From an uncultured archaeon (lineage in GTDB: Archaea > Aenigmatarchaeota > Aenigmatarchaeia > CG10238-14), in contig CAYMPD010000001.1 in the NCBI GenBank assembly GCA_964392445.1, forward strand, positions 46,698 through 110,697: a stretch of 64,000 nt of DNA, written 5' to 3'. The notes under the pieces were generated by a model. That model did not search any database and was not told the DNA's origin. It was given only the letters and a program-made list of their open reading frames with translations. The position numbers and the translations under genes were made by a program. The stretch's first letter is position 1, and every line of letters begins with the position of its first letter. Positions 27,971 through 36,172 of the stretch are shown here, piece after piece.

Positions 27971-28567
27971 ATGGGAGATGTATGGCAAAGGACATTATTT
28001 ATGGTTAAACCTGATGGTGTTAAAAGAGGGTTAGTGGGAGAGTGTTTTAGAAGAGCAGAGAACGCTGGATTAAGTGTTATAGCAATGAAAATGATCCATC
28101 CAACAAGAGAACAGGCGGATAGACATTATCCAAGTGAGGAAGATGATAAAGACTGGTTCCTAAAGGTAGCCGAGAAAGGAAGAAAAGGATACGAGAAAAG
28201 AGGTTTAGAATTTCCTTACGATGATATGGAATATGCCAGAAACATCAAAAAATGGTTAGTTGATTACTTATCTTCTGGTCCTGTTGTTGCTTCGGTTTTA
28301 GAAGGTCCAAATGCGATTAGTATGGTTAGGAAGATTTGTGGAGCAACGGAGCCTGCTCAAGCGGAAATAGGTACAATAAGGGGAGATTTCTCGGTTGATA
28401 GTTACAAACTGGCAAATAAACTAGAAAGACCACTCAAGAACATAGTTCATGCAGCATCCAGTCCTAAAGACGCGGAGAAAGAGATTAAAGTTTGGTTTAG
28501 TGAAGATGAAATAATGGAATATAAGAGAGCGGAAGAAGGTGTGATGTTCGATCCAATCGAAAAGTGA
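27971..28567 (+). CDS. ndk: Nucleoside diphosphate kinase (long form with insertion)
   Basis: 198 aa; TLFMVKPDGV, GTIRGDF, NIVHAAS (catalytic His) motifs; about 45-aa insertion relative to 150-aa NDKs. Confidence 0.85.
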   Translation: MGDVWQRTLFMVKPDGVKRGLVGECFRRAENAGLSVIAMKMIHPTREQADRHYPSEEDDKDWFLKVAEKGRKGYEKRGLEFPYDDMEYARNIKKWLVDYLSSGPVVASVLEGPNAISMVRKICGATEPAQAEIGTIRGDFSVDSYKLANKLERPLKNIVHAASSPKDAEKEIKVWFSEDEIMEYKRAEEGVMFDPIEK

Positions 28568-28631
28568 GACTTCACAGGGTAAAATCCTCGTCACTAGTTA
28601 CAAAAATCCAGACTTAGACGGAACTGCATGT

Positions 28632-29498
28632 ATGGTTGGTTATTCTGAATTGCTTAGAAAGAAAGGTGAGGATGCTAGTCCAGGTTATTTTGGAAATCTT
28701 CAAAGGGAGACTAAGTATCTTCTTAAGAAATTCCGTATCTCTAGACCTAAGAAGGGTGAGGATCTAATCGAAAAGTGTGATAAGGTTGTAGTAGTTGACA
28801 ATGTTAACCCCATTGGTTTATCGGAAAAAATAGACCTTGAAAAGGTCGTGGAAGTTATCGATCACCATTATTCTGAAAAGAGACTTTTGAAAGAATATCC
28901 TAATGCTAAAGGGGAGATAGAAGAGGTTGGAGCGGCAGCAACATTAATAGTTGAAAAGTATATGGAATCTGAAATACCGATCGACAGAGATCCTGCAATC
29001 TTGCTTTACAGTGGCATTATTTCCAATACCTTGAATTTCCAATCAAATACAACAACTGAAAGGGATAAGAAAGCTGCGAAATGGTTGAGAAAGTTAATTG
29101 ATATCCCTAAAACTTTTGCAAGAGATATGTTCGCCTCGAAATCGGATCTAAGTGATAAGAAAATTTATGATGTGTTAACTGGTGATTTGAAAGAACTGAA
29201 AGATGATTCTCTTTATATTGCACAACTAGAGATAATTGATTTAGAAAAAACAGTGAGAGAAGGGAAAGAGGAAATAACCAAAGCGCTCAAGACGATTAAA
29301 AAAGAAAAAAGTGGAAAATATGTCTTCCTAACGGGAATGGATCTCGAGAAAGGATTCAATCTCTTTTTGGTAGTGGATGATAAAAGTAAGGAACTTCTTG
29401 AGAAAGCTCTAAATGTTAAATTTGTTAATAATATAGCCAGGCGAGAAGGATTAATCATGAGAAAGGAAATAATACCAATAATTGAAAAATACTTGTGA
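28632..29498 (+). CDS. DHH-family phosphoesterase (start unresolved; conserved N-terminal motif lies upstream of first ATG)
   Basis: VVVVDNV..EVIDHHYS (DHH motif). The same frame is open from 28545 and encodes KILVTSYKNPDLDGTAC (DHH motif I) with no ATG/GTG/TTG before 28632. Confidence 0.7.
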   Translation: MVGYSELLRKKGEDASPGYFGNLQRETKYLLKKFRISRPKKGEDLIEKCDKVVVVDNVNPIGLSEKIDLEKVVEVIDHHYSEKRLLKEYPNAKGEIEEVGAAATLIVEKYMESEIPIDRDPAILLYSGIISNTLNFQSNTTTERDKKAAKWLRKLIDIPKTFARDMFASKSDLSDKKIYDVLTGDLKELKDDSLYIAQLEIIDLEKTVREGKEEITKALKTIKKEKSGKYVFLTGMDLEKGFNLFLVVDDKSKELLEKALNVKFVNNIARREGLIMRKEIIPIIEKYL

Positions 29499-29511
29499 AA
29501 AGTGAGAGTTA
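29499..29511 (+). repeat. AAAGTGAGAGTTA motif copy 6
   Basis: Exact 13-mer whose last A is the A of the NUDIX ATG; preceded by TGA stop of DHH gene. Confidence 0.6.
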
Positions 29512-29987
29512 TGAAACCAGGTAAAGACTTCATTGGCTTAGGAGTAGGAGCAATAATACAAAACGAAAAGGACCAAGTCCTACTTCTTAAAAGACCAGAT
29601 ACAATAACCCCTGATAGAACAACATCTGGAATGTGGTCAGTTCCTGGGGGTGAAGTTAAGTTTATGGAAAAAGTTGAAGATGCACTCAAACGAGAAGTGA
29701 GAGAAGAGATAGGAGTGGAAGTTGAAATAATTAAACCTATAGAATATCATGATCAGATACTAGATGAATCCCAAGTACACTGGCATTGTCAATCATTTCT
29801 TTGCAAAATTAAAGAGGGTAAACCTGAAATACATGAACCAAGTAAATGTGAGGATTTGAAGTGGTTTGATACTGATATTCTCCCCGAGAAGTGTGGTATA
29901 GCCCATATTGTTGTTCCTCTGTACAAGCTTGGCTGGATTAGTAAGAGTGAGTATGAAAGGAGATTAAGAAACACCCCCGAGAGTTGA
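29511..29987 (+). CDS. NUDIX hydrolase
   Basis: Nudix box GGEVKFMEKVEDALKREVREEIGVEVE; ATG at 29511 is immediately preceded by AAAGTGAGAGTT (track used in-motif GTG 29502). Confidence 0.8.
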   Translation: MKPGKDFIGLGVGAIIQNEKDQVLLLKRPDTITPDRTTSGMWSVPGGEVKFMEKVEDALKREVREEIGVEVEIIKPIEYHDQILDESQVHWHCQSFLCKIKEGKPEIHEPSKCEDLKWFDTDILPEKCGIAHIVVPLYKLGWISKSEYERRLRNTPES

Positions 29988-30526
29988 TTAGTATGGATAT
30001 AGAAATTTTCAAGAAAAATAAAAAGTCTCTCCTAGTCATGGGAATTGGTATTATAATAGGGATGATCGGGCTTTTTCTGTTCCCAACTTTTCTAATCTTT
30101 ACTATTTTTCTTGTAGGTACTGGAATCTTAAACTTCGTACAGAGTAGGATGGAACTTCCATTTGACCTGACACCCTCCTTAGCTATCTTGATTCTCTTCT
30201 CGATAAAATTAGGATTTCTTGAGGGGATGATATTTCTGATATTGGGTTCTATAATACCCGGGATACTGGGAGGGGGATTTAATCACATGACTTTATTTTT
30301 CTTCCTTTTAGCTATGGGTATAAGTTATCTGGGATCATCATCTTTAATTGGGGACTTGAGAATCTATGGTATTGTCCTTATTGTGATTCAAGGCGTCTTT
30401 AGTTATCTAATCATAAAGCTCTTTTCGGTTGATCCTACGGATATTTTATCTGTTTTTCTAGGGTTCTTTGTAAACATTAGTTATTTTTTAGTTTTAAGTG
30501 AGTTAATAGCGAGCGTATTGGTTTGA
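29984..30526 (+). CDS. polytopic membrane protein
   Basis: 180 aa, 5-6 predicted TM helices; 4-nt overlap with NUDIX gene. Confidence 0.5.
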   Translation: MISMDIEIFKKNKKSLLVMGIGIIIGMIGLFLFPTFLIFTIFLVGTGILNFVQSRMELPFDLTPSLAILILFSIKLGFLEGMIFLILGSIIPGILGGGFNHMTLFFFLLAMGISYLGSSSLIGDLRIYGIVLIVIQGVFSYLIIKLFSVDPTDILSVFLGFFVNISYFLVLSELIASVLV

Positions 30527-30563
30527 ATGATACTTATTTCTTTATTTTCCTAAAAAGTGAGAC

Positions 30564-30749
30564 ATGAGTTATTGGTATTGTTTGGATTGCAGAAAAGTCG
30601 TGGATACTTATATGGATATTTTCAAAGCTTTCTCGCTTTGCTGTAAAGAGTGTGGGAGTACTAGGTTGTTGAAATTGAATAAGATGGATGAGAAAGAGTT
30701 TGATAAATTTGTTGAAGAATTCAAAAGGAAGACTGGGGAGGTTGAGTGA
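30564..30749 (+). CDS. Zn-ribbon protein with acidic C-terminal tail ending in Glu (LysW-like architecture)
   Basis: 61 aa; CLDC...CKEC ribbon then MDEKEFDKFVEEFKRKTGEVE; ATG directly preceded by AAAGTGAGAC. Confidence 0.45.
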   Translation: MSYWYCLDCRKVVDTYMDIFKAFSLCCKECGSTRLLKLNKMDEKEFDKFVEEFKRKTGEVE

Positions 30750-30750
30750 A

Positions 30751-31155
30751 GTGAAGGTTTATGTTGCGTCTAGATTTAATAATCAGCAAAAAGTCAAAGA
30801 AATTTATAGGGAACTGATTGAAAATGGGTTTGAAATAACTGTTGATTGGACCAAACATAAAAAAGTGAAGCCTTATGAAAAGAATCCTAAAATGTCTGAG
30901 AAATATTCAAAGGAAGATATCGAGGGGGTAAAAGATTCTGATATTTTAATTTTGTTGACTACTGAAAACCCTGGTAAAGGCATGTTTGTAGAAATGGGGG
31001 CTGCTATAATAGTAAATATACTTACAGGAAAACCAAAGATTTACATAATTGGAGATTATAATAAACAATCCCTATTTTACTTTCATCCGAACGTTAAGCG
31101 CCTAAACACGATAGAAGATGTTATTGAAGACTTGAAGAAAAGTGAGGTTTCATGA
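30751..31155 (+). CDS. nucleoside 2-deoxyribosyltransferase-like Rossmann protein (tentative)
   Basis: GTG start at 30751 preceded by GGGGAGGTTGA (SD-like); MKVYVASRFNN...ENGFEITVDW resembles NDT-like family N-terminus; track ORF (30688) starts inside upstream gene. Confidence 0.45.
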   Translation: MKVYVASRFNNQQKVKEIYRELIENGFEITVDWTKHKKVKPYEKNPKMSEKYSKEDIEGVKDSDILILLTTENPGKGMFVEMGAAIIVNILTGKPKIYIIGDYNKQSLFYFHPNVKRLNTIEDVIEDLKKSEVS

Positions 31156-31517
31156 CCAAAGAAATGACCTTAAAAGAACTCCAAAAGGTTCAGAAAGAGT
31201 TCGATGAAAAATACTTTAGTAAATACTGGATTGATAAGGAAGATATAGATCAGAAGATTAACTTTCTCAAAGACATGGCCATAGCCTTAACAGGAGAATT
31301 AGGTGAATTCGCAAACATCATCAAAAAAGTGAGTAGGGACAGAAAGAATCTTGGTAAAGAACCTAATAAGGAAAATATCCAGAAACTCAAGGAGGAATTG
31401 ACGGATTGTTTTATTTACCTTATAATCCTATCCAACATACTCGAAATGGACATAGAAAAACAGTATCTAAAGAAGACAAATCTAAATCACAAAAGATTTC
31501 AGAAGTACTTAAAATAG
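31152..31517 (+). CDS. MazG-like nucleotide pyrophosphohydrolase
   Basis: 121 aa; all-alpha EExGE motif LTGELGEFANIIKK and second EELTDCFIYLIIL helix typical of MazG/dimeric dUTPase-like NTP-PPases; start overlaps upstream stop (ATGA). Confidence 0.65.
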   Translation: MTKEMTLKELQKVQKEFDEKYFSKYWIDKEDIDQKINFLKDMAIALTGELGEFANIIKKVSRDRKNLGKEPNKENIQKLKEELTDCFIYLIILSNILEMDIEKQYLKKTNLNHKRFQKYLK

Positions 31518-31535
31518 AAGTGGAAAAAGAAAAAA

Positions 31536-31646
31536 CTACTTACTAAATATCATACTTCCTATTAATGGTATTAGAGCTGCTCCGAAGAGTAAGCCCATTA
31601 CCAATAATGTTCCACCAACTTGAGTGCTGGCAAATTGTAATGACAT
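31536..31646 (-). CDS. possible small hydrophobic protein
   Basis: Own translation: MSLQFASTQVGGTLLVMGLLFGAALIPLIGSMIFSK (36 aa, one TM); below ORF-track cutoff. Confidence 0.2.
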   Translation of the reverse strand: MSLQFASTQVGGTLLVMGLLFGAALIPLIGSMIFSK

Positions 31647-31830
31647 AACTAATTACTTTCATAGTATGATTTAAAAGCTTTGGAGGTATTTTATTACAGA
31701 AATACTTAAATTACCCTTCTAAAAACCACTTTTGTTGGTATTTAATATATGTTAAAATGAAGTGAAAATTAAATTGAAATTTGGGAAAAGTTAAATATTT
31801 ATATTACAAAATCCTATATAGTAAGATTAT

Positions 31831-32001
31831 ATGGAAGAAAATTTTATCAGAAGGGTGAGAAAAAGTGGTTCAAGCCACTGTATTAATATTCCAGTAGAGA
31901 TAGTAAATTTACTCAACCTGGATGATGGAGAATTAGTAAAAGTTACAATTAAAAAAATACGAAAGGAGGTGAGTGATGATGCCGAAACACAAAGTGATTG
32001 A
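31831..32001 (+). CDS. possible AbrB/SpoVT-like small DNA-binding protein
   Basis: Own translation: MEENFIRRVRKSGSSHCINIPVEIVNLLNLDDGELVKVTIKKIRKEVSDDAETQSD (56 aa); overlaps glutaredoxin start by 29 nt. Confidence 0.35.
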   Translation: MEENFIRRVRKSGSSHCINIPVEIVNLLNLDDGELVKVTIKKIRKEVSDDAETQSD

Positions 32002-32218
32002 ATACGGGACTGAAACGTGCCCCTGGTGTCATAGAGCAAGAGAATTCTTTGAGGAGAATGAGATTAAGTACAAGTACATAGATGTGGGGAAGGACAGAAA
32101 AGCAGCAAAAGAAATGATTGAGAAGACAGGTCAAAGAGGAGTACCAGTGATTGAAATAGATGGGGAATTTATTGTTGGGTTTGATGAGAAAAAGATTAGG
32201 GAGAAGTTAGGTCTGTAA
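31973..32218 (+). CDS. Glutaredoxin-like protein
   Basis: 81 aa; CPWC active site in thioredoxin fold; GGAGGTGA SD upstream. Confidence 0.75.
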   Translation: MMMPKHKVIEYGTETCPWCHRAREFFEENEIKYKYIDVGKDRKAAKEMIEKTGQRGVPVIEIDGEFIVGFDEKKIREKLGL

Positions 32219-32232
32219 AAATATCCTTTATT

Positions 32233-32928
32233 TTAACCTAAAACCCGCCTAAGAATTTTAGAAAGACTATAGCAAAGAAAAGGTTCCACTAATAAATAAC
32301 TTTTTCCAATTTTTCGAACAGCTTTTTTTGTACCCTTTCTTTCACTATTCCCAACGAAAATTACTGGAGTTCCTCTATTAGGTCCCCTTTGCCTTATTCT
32401 TTCTGCAACATAAAACCCAGAAGTCCAGTATAATCTTTGCATATGCATTTTTCTTGCTACATCTAAAGAGAGATTAGGAACGTCCCTTTCTACTAATTCT
32501 GCAATTCTTCTTTGTATTGGCCGGGTATCTGCGTATCTTTCGTTCTCCCTAAAAAGTCTTTTTAATTCTCTCCTTGTTTCTGGAGAAAATTCGCTTGAAT
32601 CCAGTTCGGAGTCTGGCCCAAGAGTTAAAGACATCATTAAAAGATCGAATGGGGGTTCCGCCTTTGGGAAATGTGTTTTTCCGAAAGCATAAGCTTCGAA
32701 AGGGTATACAGTTTCTGATATATCTCCTCCAGATTCTAATTCTGGTTTCCAACAAATTCCCAGAATGATGAGGTCCCAGGGTTCTTTCCATAGTCTTTGA
32801 ACTGTGTCTGGGTACATTGAATAATCCAAGCTAGAATATCTTGATATTGTATTTTTATATTCATCCAACCTTTCTTCATCTCTCAATAAACCTACTTCAT
32901 AGTCTGCCCAAAAGGTTCTAGGGGACAT
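32233..32928 (-). CDS. hypothetical protein
   Basis: 231-aa ORF, comparatively GC-richer codons; no motif recognised. Confidence 0.45.
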   Translation of the reverse strand: MSPRTFWADYEVGLLRDEERLDEYKNTISRYSSLDYSMYPDTVQRLWKEPWDLIILGICWKPELESGGDISETVYPFEAYAFGKTHFPKAEPPFDLLMMSLTLGPDSELDSSEFSPETRRELKRLFRENERYADTRPIQRRIAELVERDVPNLSLDVARKMHMQRLYWTSGFYVAERIRQRGPNRGTPVIFVGNSERKGTKKAVRKIGKSYLLVEPFLCYSLSKILRRVLG

Positions 32929-33037
32929 ACTATGAAAAACTGGAAAATTAAATATTTAAACCCAATCTTTATAAGATAAACACCCAACCCACAAAAAATA
33001 AGTCTATCCTTACCAATAATTATATCTTAGGTGAACA

Positions 33038-34012
33038 TTGATGTATGACGTAATAATAATTGGGGGAGGACCTGCGGGTCTAACGGCTGGTATTTATGCT
33101 ATAAGAAGAACATTGAAAACTTTAATTATAAGTGAAGAATTTGGTGGTGTGGTTGCCACTGTCCCCTCGATTGAAAATTATCCTGGGTTCAAGGAGATTA
33201 GTGGAAGGGATCTGATGAAAAGAATGGTGGAGCAAACCAAAAATTTAGGAGTGGAAACTGTTAGCAGTGAGTCCGCAAGAGAGATAATTGAAAAGAAAGA
33301 TAAATTTATAATAAAAACAGAAGTGAGTGAGTATGAAGCCAAAGCTGTTATACTTGCATTTGGGAGATCGCCTAGACACTTAGATGTTCCGGGGGAAGAT
33401 GAATTTGAAAATAAAGGTGTCTCTTACTGTGTTAACTGTGATGGCCCGCTTTTCAAGGACGAAGTTGTTTGTACTGTTGGAGGTGGAAATGCTGCTTTGG
33501 ACGCTGCTTTAATGATGAGTGAGATTGCAAAGAAAGTTTATGTAATCCACAGGAGAGATGAGTTCCGTGGGTTTGAAGCGTTTGTAAATAAGATAAAAAA
33601 TAAAGACAATGTGGAATTTGTTCTGGATTCGGTTGTTAAGGAATTCAAAGGGGATAAGATGTTGAAATCAGTAATAGTTGAGAATGTTAAAACCAAAGAG
33701 ACAAGAGAGTTAGAAGTAGCAGGATCTTTCATCGAGATAGGTTCTGTGGTAGAGAGTGATTTTGTTAAGCATCTGGTTAAAGTTAATGATAGTAGACTCA
33801 TAGTAGTTAATAAGAATTGTCAGACTTTTTACCCAGATTCAGATAAAGTGAGGCCTGGAATATTTGCTGCAGGAGATGTTACAGATAATCCCTTCAAACA
33901 AATCGTGGTTGCTACTGGACAAGGAGCTATTGCCGCATTAGAAGCTTACAATTATGTTCAAGGTAGAGAAGGAGAACTTTATGCTGATTGGGGACATAAA
34001 AAGGAAAAATAA
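33038..34012 (+). CDS. trxB: Thioredoxin reductase
   Basis: 324 aa; FAD GxGxxG (IIGGGPAGLTAG), redox CVNCDG, NADPH GGGNAALDAA. Confidence 0.85.
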   Translation: MMYDVIIIGGGPAGLTAGIYAIRRTLKTLIISEEFGGVVATVPSIENYPGFKEISGRDLMKRMVEQTKNLGVETVSSESAREIIEKKDKFIIKTEVSEYEAKAVILAFGRSPRHLDVPGEDEFENKGVSYCVNCDGPLFKDEVVCTVGGGNAALDAALMMSEIAKKVYVIHRRDEFRGFEAFVNKIKNKDNVEFVLDSVVKEFKGDKMLKSVIVENVKTKETRELEVAGSFIEIGSVVESDFVKHLVKVNDSRLIVVNKNCQTFYPDSDKVRPGIFAAGDVTDNPFKQIVVATGQGAIAALEAYNYVQGREGELYADWGHKKEK

Positions 34013-34028
34013 AGGAGGTTGTTGGATT

Positions 34029-35129
34029 ATGATGAAATTAGAAGTTAAACAAGATGAATGGGGGCCTGAAAAGATTCTGTCAGTTTACGATCCTAAAACT
34101 GGGATGAAAGGATTTACGGTCATAGATAACACTGTCAGAGGGCCTGGTAAAGGAGGAATAAGAATGGTTTCTGATGTTACTGTGGGTGAAGTGTTTAAAT
34201 TAGCAAGAGCAATGACTTGGAAAAATGCTTTAGCGGACTTACCATTTGGCGGTGCAAAGTCGGGGATAATTTGGGACGGAAAACAAGACAAAAAAGTTTT
34301 AATGAGAGCTTTCGCCCGTGCAATCAAACCAGTAGTTCCAAGTGAATATGTTGCTGGACCTGATATGAATACTACTGAAAAGGAGATGGCCGCATTTGCA
34401 GATGAGATAGGAAATATGAAAGCTTCAACGGGAAAACCGTCAGAAATGGGTGGTTTACCACATGAATTGGGTTCAACGGGGTTTGGAGTTGCTGAATCAA
34501 CTGAGGTAACTGTTGAACATCTTGGTTGGGATATGGATGATTTAACTGTGGCAATAGAAGGGTTTGGGAATGTAGGGACTTTTACAGCGAAATTTTTATC
34601 AGAGAAAGGAGCAAAAATAGTTGCTGTTTCTGATTCCAAGGGGACAATATATAATAAAGATGGGATGGATGCTGAAAAACTAATCAAAGTAAAAACTGAG
34701 ACTAAGGCTGTAAAGAATTATGGTGATGGTAAAGTATTGCCCCCAGAAAAATTGTTTGAACTTCCTGTGGATATTCTAATCCCAGGCGCAAGACCAAATG
34801 TTATAACAGATAAAAACAAAGAAAAAGTCCAAGCAAAAATAATCGTAGAAGCAGCAAACATACCAATTCCCGAGTCGGTCGAAGAATGGTTTCACCAAAA
34901 AGGTGTTCTAGTAGTTCCAGATTTTGTGGTCAATGCTGGTGGAGTGATATCAAGTTATGTGGAGTTTATTGGTGGTAATGAAGAGAAGATGTTTAAAACA
35001 ATCAGAGAAAAAGTGAGACGTAATAGTGAATTGGTTCTGAAGAGATCTAGAAAAGAGGGAGAAGTTCCAAGAGAATCTGCGTTAGCTATTGCTCAGGAAA
35101 GAGTCAGACAAGCGATGGAAAATAGATAG
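34029..35129 (+). CDS. Glu/Leu/Phe/Val dehydrogenase-family enzyme (short GDH-like)
   Basis: 366 aa from ATGATG at 34029 (SD GGAGGTTG upstream); GPGKGGIRM substrate-binding motif, GFGNVG NAD(P) Rossmann motif. Confidence 0.8.
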   Translation: MMKLEVKQDEWGPEKILSVYDPKTGMKGFTVIDNTVRGPGKGGIRMVSDVTVGEVFKLARAMTWKNALADLPFGGAKSGIIWDGKQDKKVLMRAFARAIKPVVPSEYVAGPDMNTTEKEMAAFADEIGNMKASTGKPSEMGGLPHELGSTGFGVAESTEVTVEHLGWDMDDLTVAIEGFGNVGTFTAKFLSEKGAKIVAVSDSKGTIYNKDGMDAEKLIKVKTETKAVKNYGDGKVLPPEKLFELPVDILIPGARPNVITDKNKEKVQAKIIVEAANIPIPESVEEWFHQKGVLVVPDFVVNAGGVISSYVEFIGGNEEKMFKTIREKVRRNSELVLKRSRKEGEVPRESALAIAQERVRQAMENR

Positions 35130-35183
35130 TCCTCAAATTACCAAGAATAAAAATCCAAAAAACAAATACTAGTAAGAATTCAA

Positions 35184-35864
35184 ATGAAACTAGTATTATT
35201 TTCAAAAACAGAAATTGAAGAAGAACTTAAGCAAGAAATTAAAGATTATGGTTTTGAATATTCTGAAAAAAACCCAAATTTTGTAATAAGTATGGGTGGT
35301 GATGGGACTTATTTAAGATCTGAAAGACAGTGGCCTGGTATTCCTAAGTTAATTGTAAAACAAAATAGTATCTGCAGGAAGTGTGAGACCGATACGTTAG
35401 AGAAAGCACTTGAGAAATTAAAGAAAGGTAAGTTTGAGATAAAAGAAAACATCAAACTAGAAGCTAGGATAAGAAGAAAAAAAGTAACCTGTGTGAACGA
35501 ATTCTCGATCAGAAACATGTACGCGACAACCGCTATAAGGTTCTATTTGTGGATAAATGAAGAAAGAACAGACGAAATAATTGGAGATGGGGTAATAATT
35601 GCAACGCCATTCGGTTCAACAGGTTATTACAAATCAGTGGGTGGAAAAGAGTTTAAAGAAGGGATAGGAATAAGTTTTAACAACCCAACAGAAAAAATGA
35701 AGCATTTAGTAGTTCCAGAGGACTCAGAAATAAAAGTAAAGGTAATAAGGGAAGATGCCGTTTTTAATTCGGATAATGACCCAAGAGTTATTCTTCTTAA
35801 AAAAGATGAGGTTGTTAAAATTAAAAAAAGTAAAAAGGTTGCAAAGCTCGTTGATATAAGATAG
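35184..35864 (+). CDS. nadK: NAD kinase (short form)
   Basis: 226 aa; GGDGT and DGVIIATPFGSTGY motifs. Confidence 0.75.
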   Translation: MKLVLFSKTEIEEELKQEIKDYGFEYSEKNPNFVISMGGDGTYLRSERQWPGIPKLIVKQNSICRKCETDTLEKALEKLKKGKFEIKENIKLEARIRRKKVTCVNEFSIRNMYATTAIRFYLWINEERTDEIIGDGVIIATPFGSTGYYKSVGGKEFKEGIGISFNNPTEKMKHLVVPEDSEIKVKVIREDAVFNSDNDPRVILLKKDEVVKIKKSKKVAKLVDIR

Positions 35865-35903
35865 AAAAGCAATCGATAAATAATTAAAGAATAATTCTTT
35901 GGT

Positions 35904-36128
35904 ATGAACTTGCGTTTGATTGGGTTTGGGGGTTTATTAGGCGTAGTTGTATTTTTATTTAGTCAGCTTTTATTGATTTCCTGGACTGGAGAGGCGATTT
36001 TCACTGAACCACACAGTGGTATATTAATGGGAGAATTGATTCTATTGGTACTTTTAATGGTATTTACCTCATTTCTGCTAGTAGAAGAGCTTAAAAACGG
36101 GGGAAGGAGTTTAAAAAGGTTGAAATAA
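35904..36128 (+). CDS. small membrane protein
   Basis: 74 aa, two TM helices. Confidence 0.3.
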   Translation: MNLRLIGFGGLLGVVVFLFSQLLLISWTGEAIFTEPHSGILMGELILLVLLMVFTSFLLVEELKNGGRSLKRLK

Positions 36129-36172
36129 AAGACTTAAATATGTTTTTAGTGATAATAGTAGTAAATCTGTGA

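Noticed and set aside
22598-30563. Interpreting AAAGTGAGAGTTA simply as this organism's Shine-Dalgarno
   Set aside because: Canonical GGAGGTGA-type SDs are present upstream of tuf, grx, gdh and srp54; several motif copies are not next to any start codon; treated as a distinct element instead
34085-34687. 200-aa minus-strand ORF
   Set aside because: Antisense to the GDH-family gene; Pro/Ser-rich low-complexity translation typical of antisense frames
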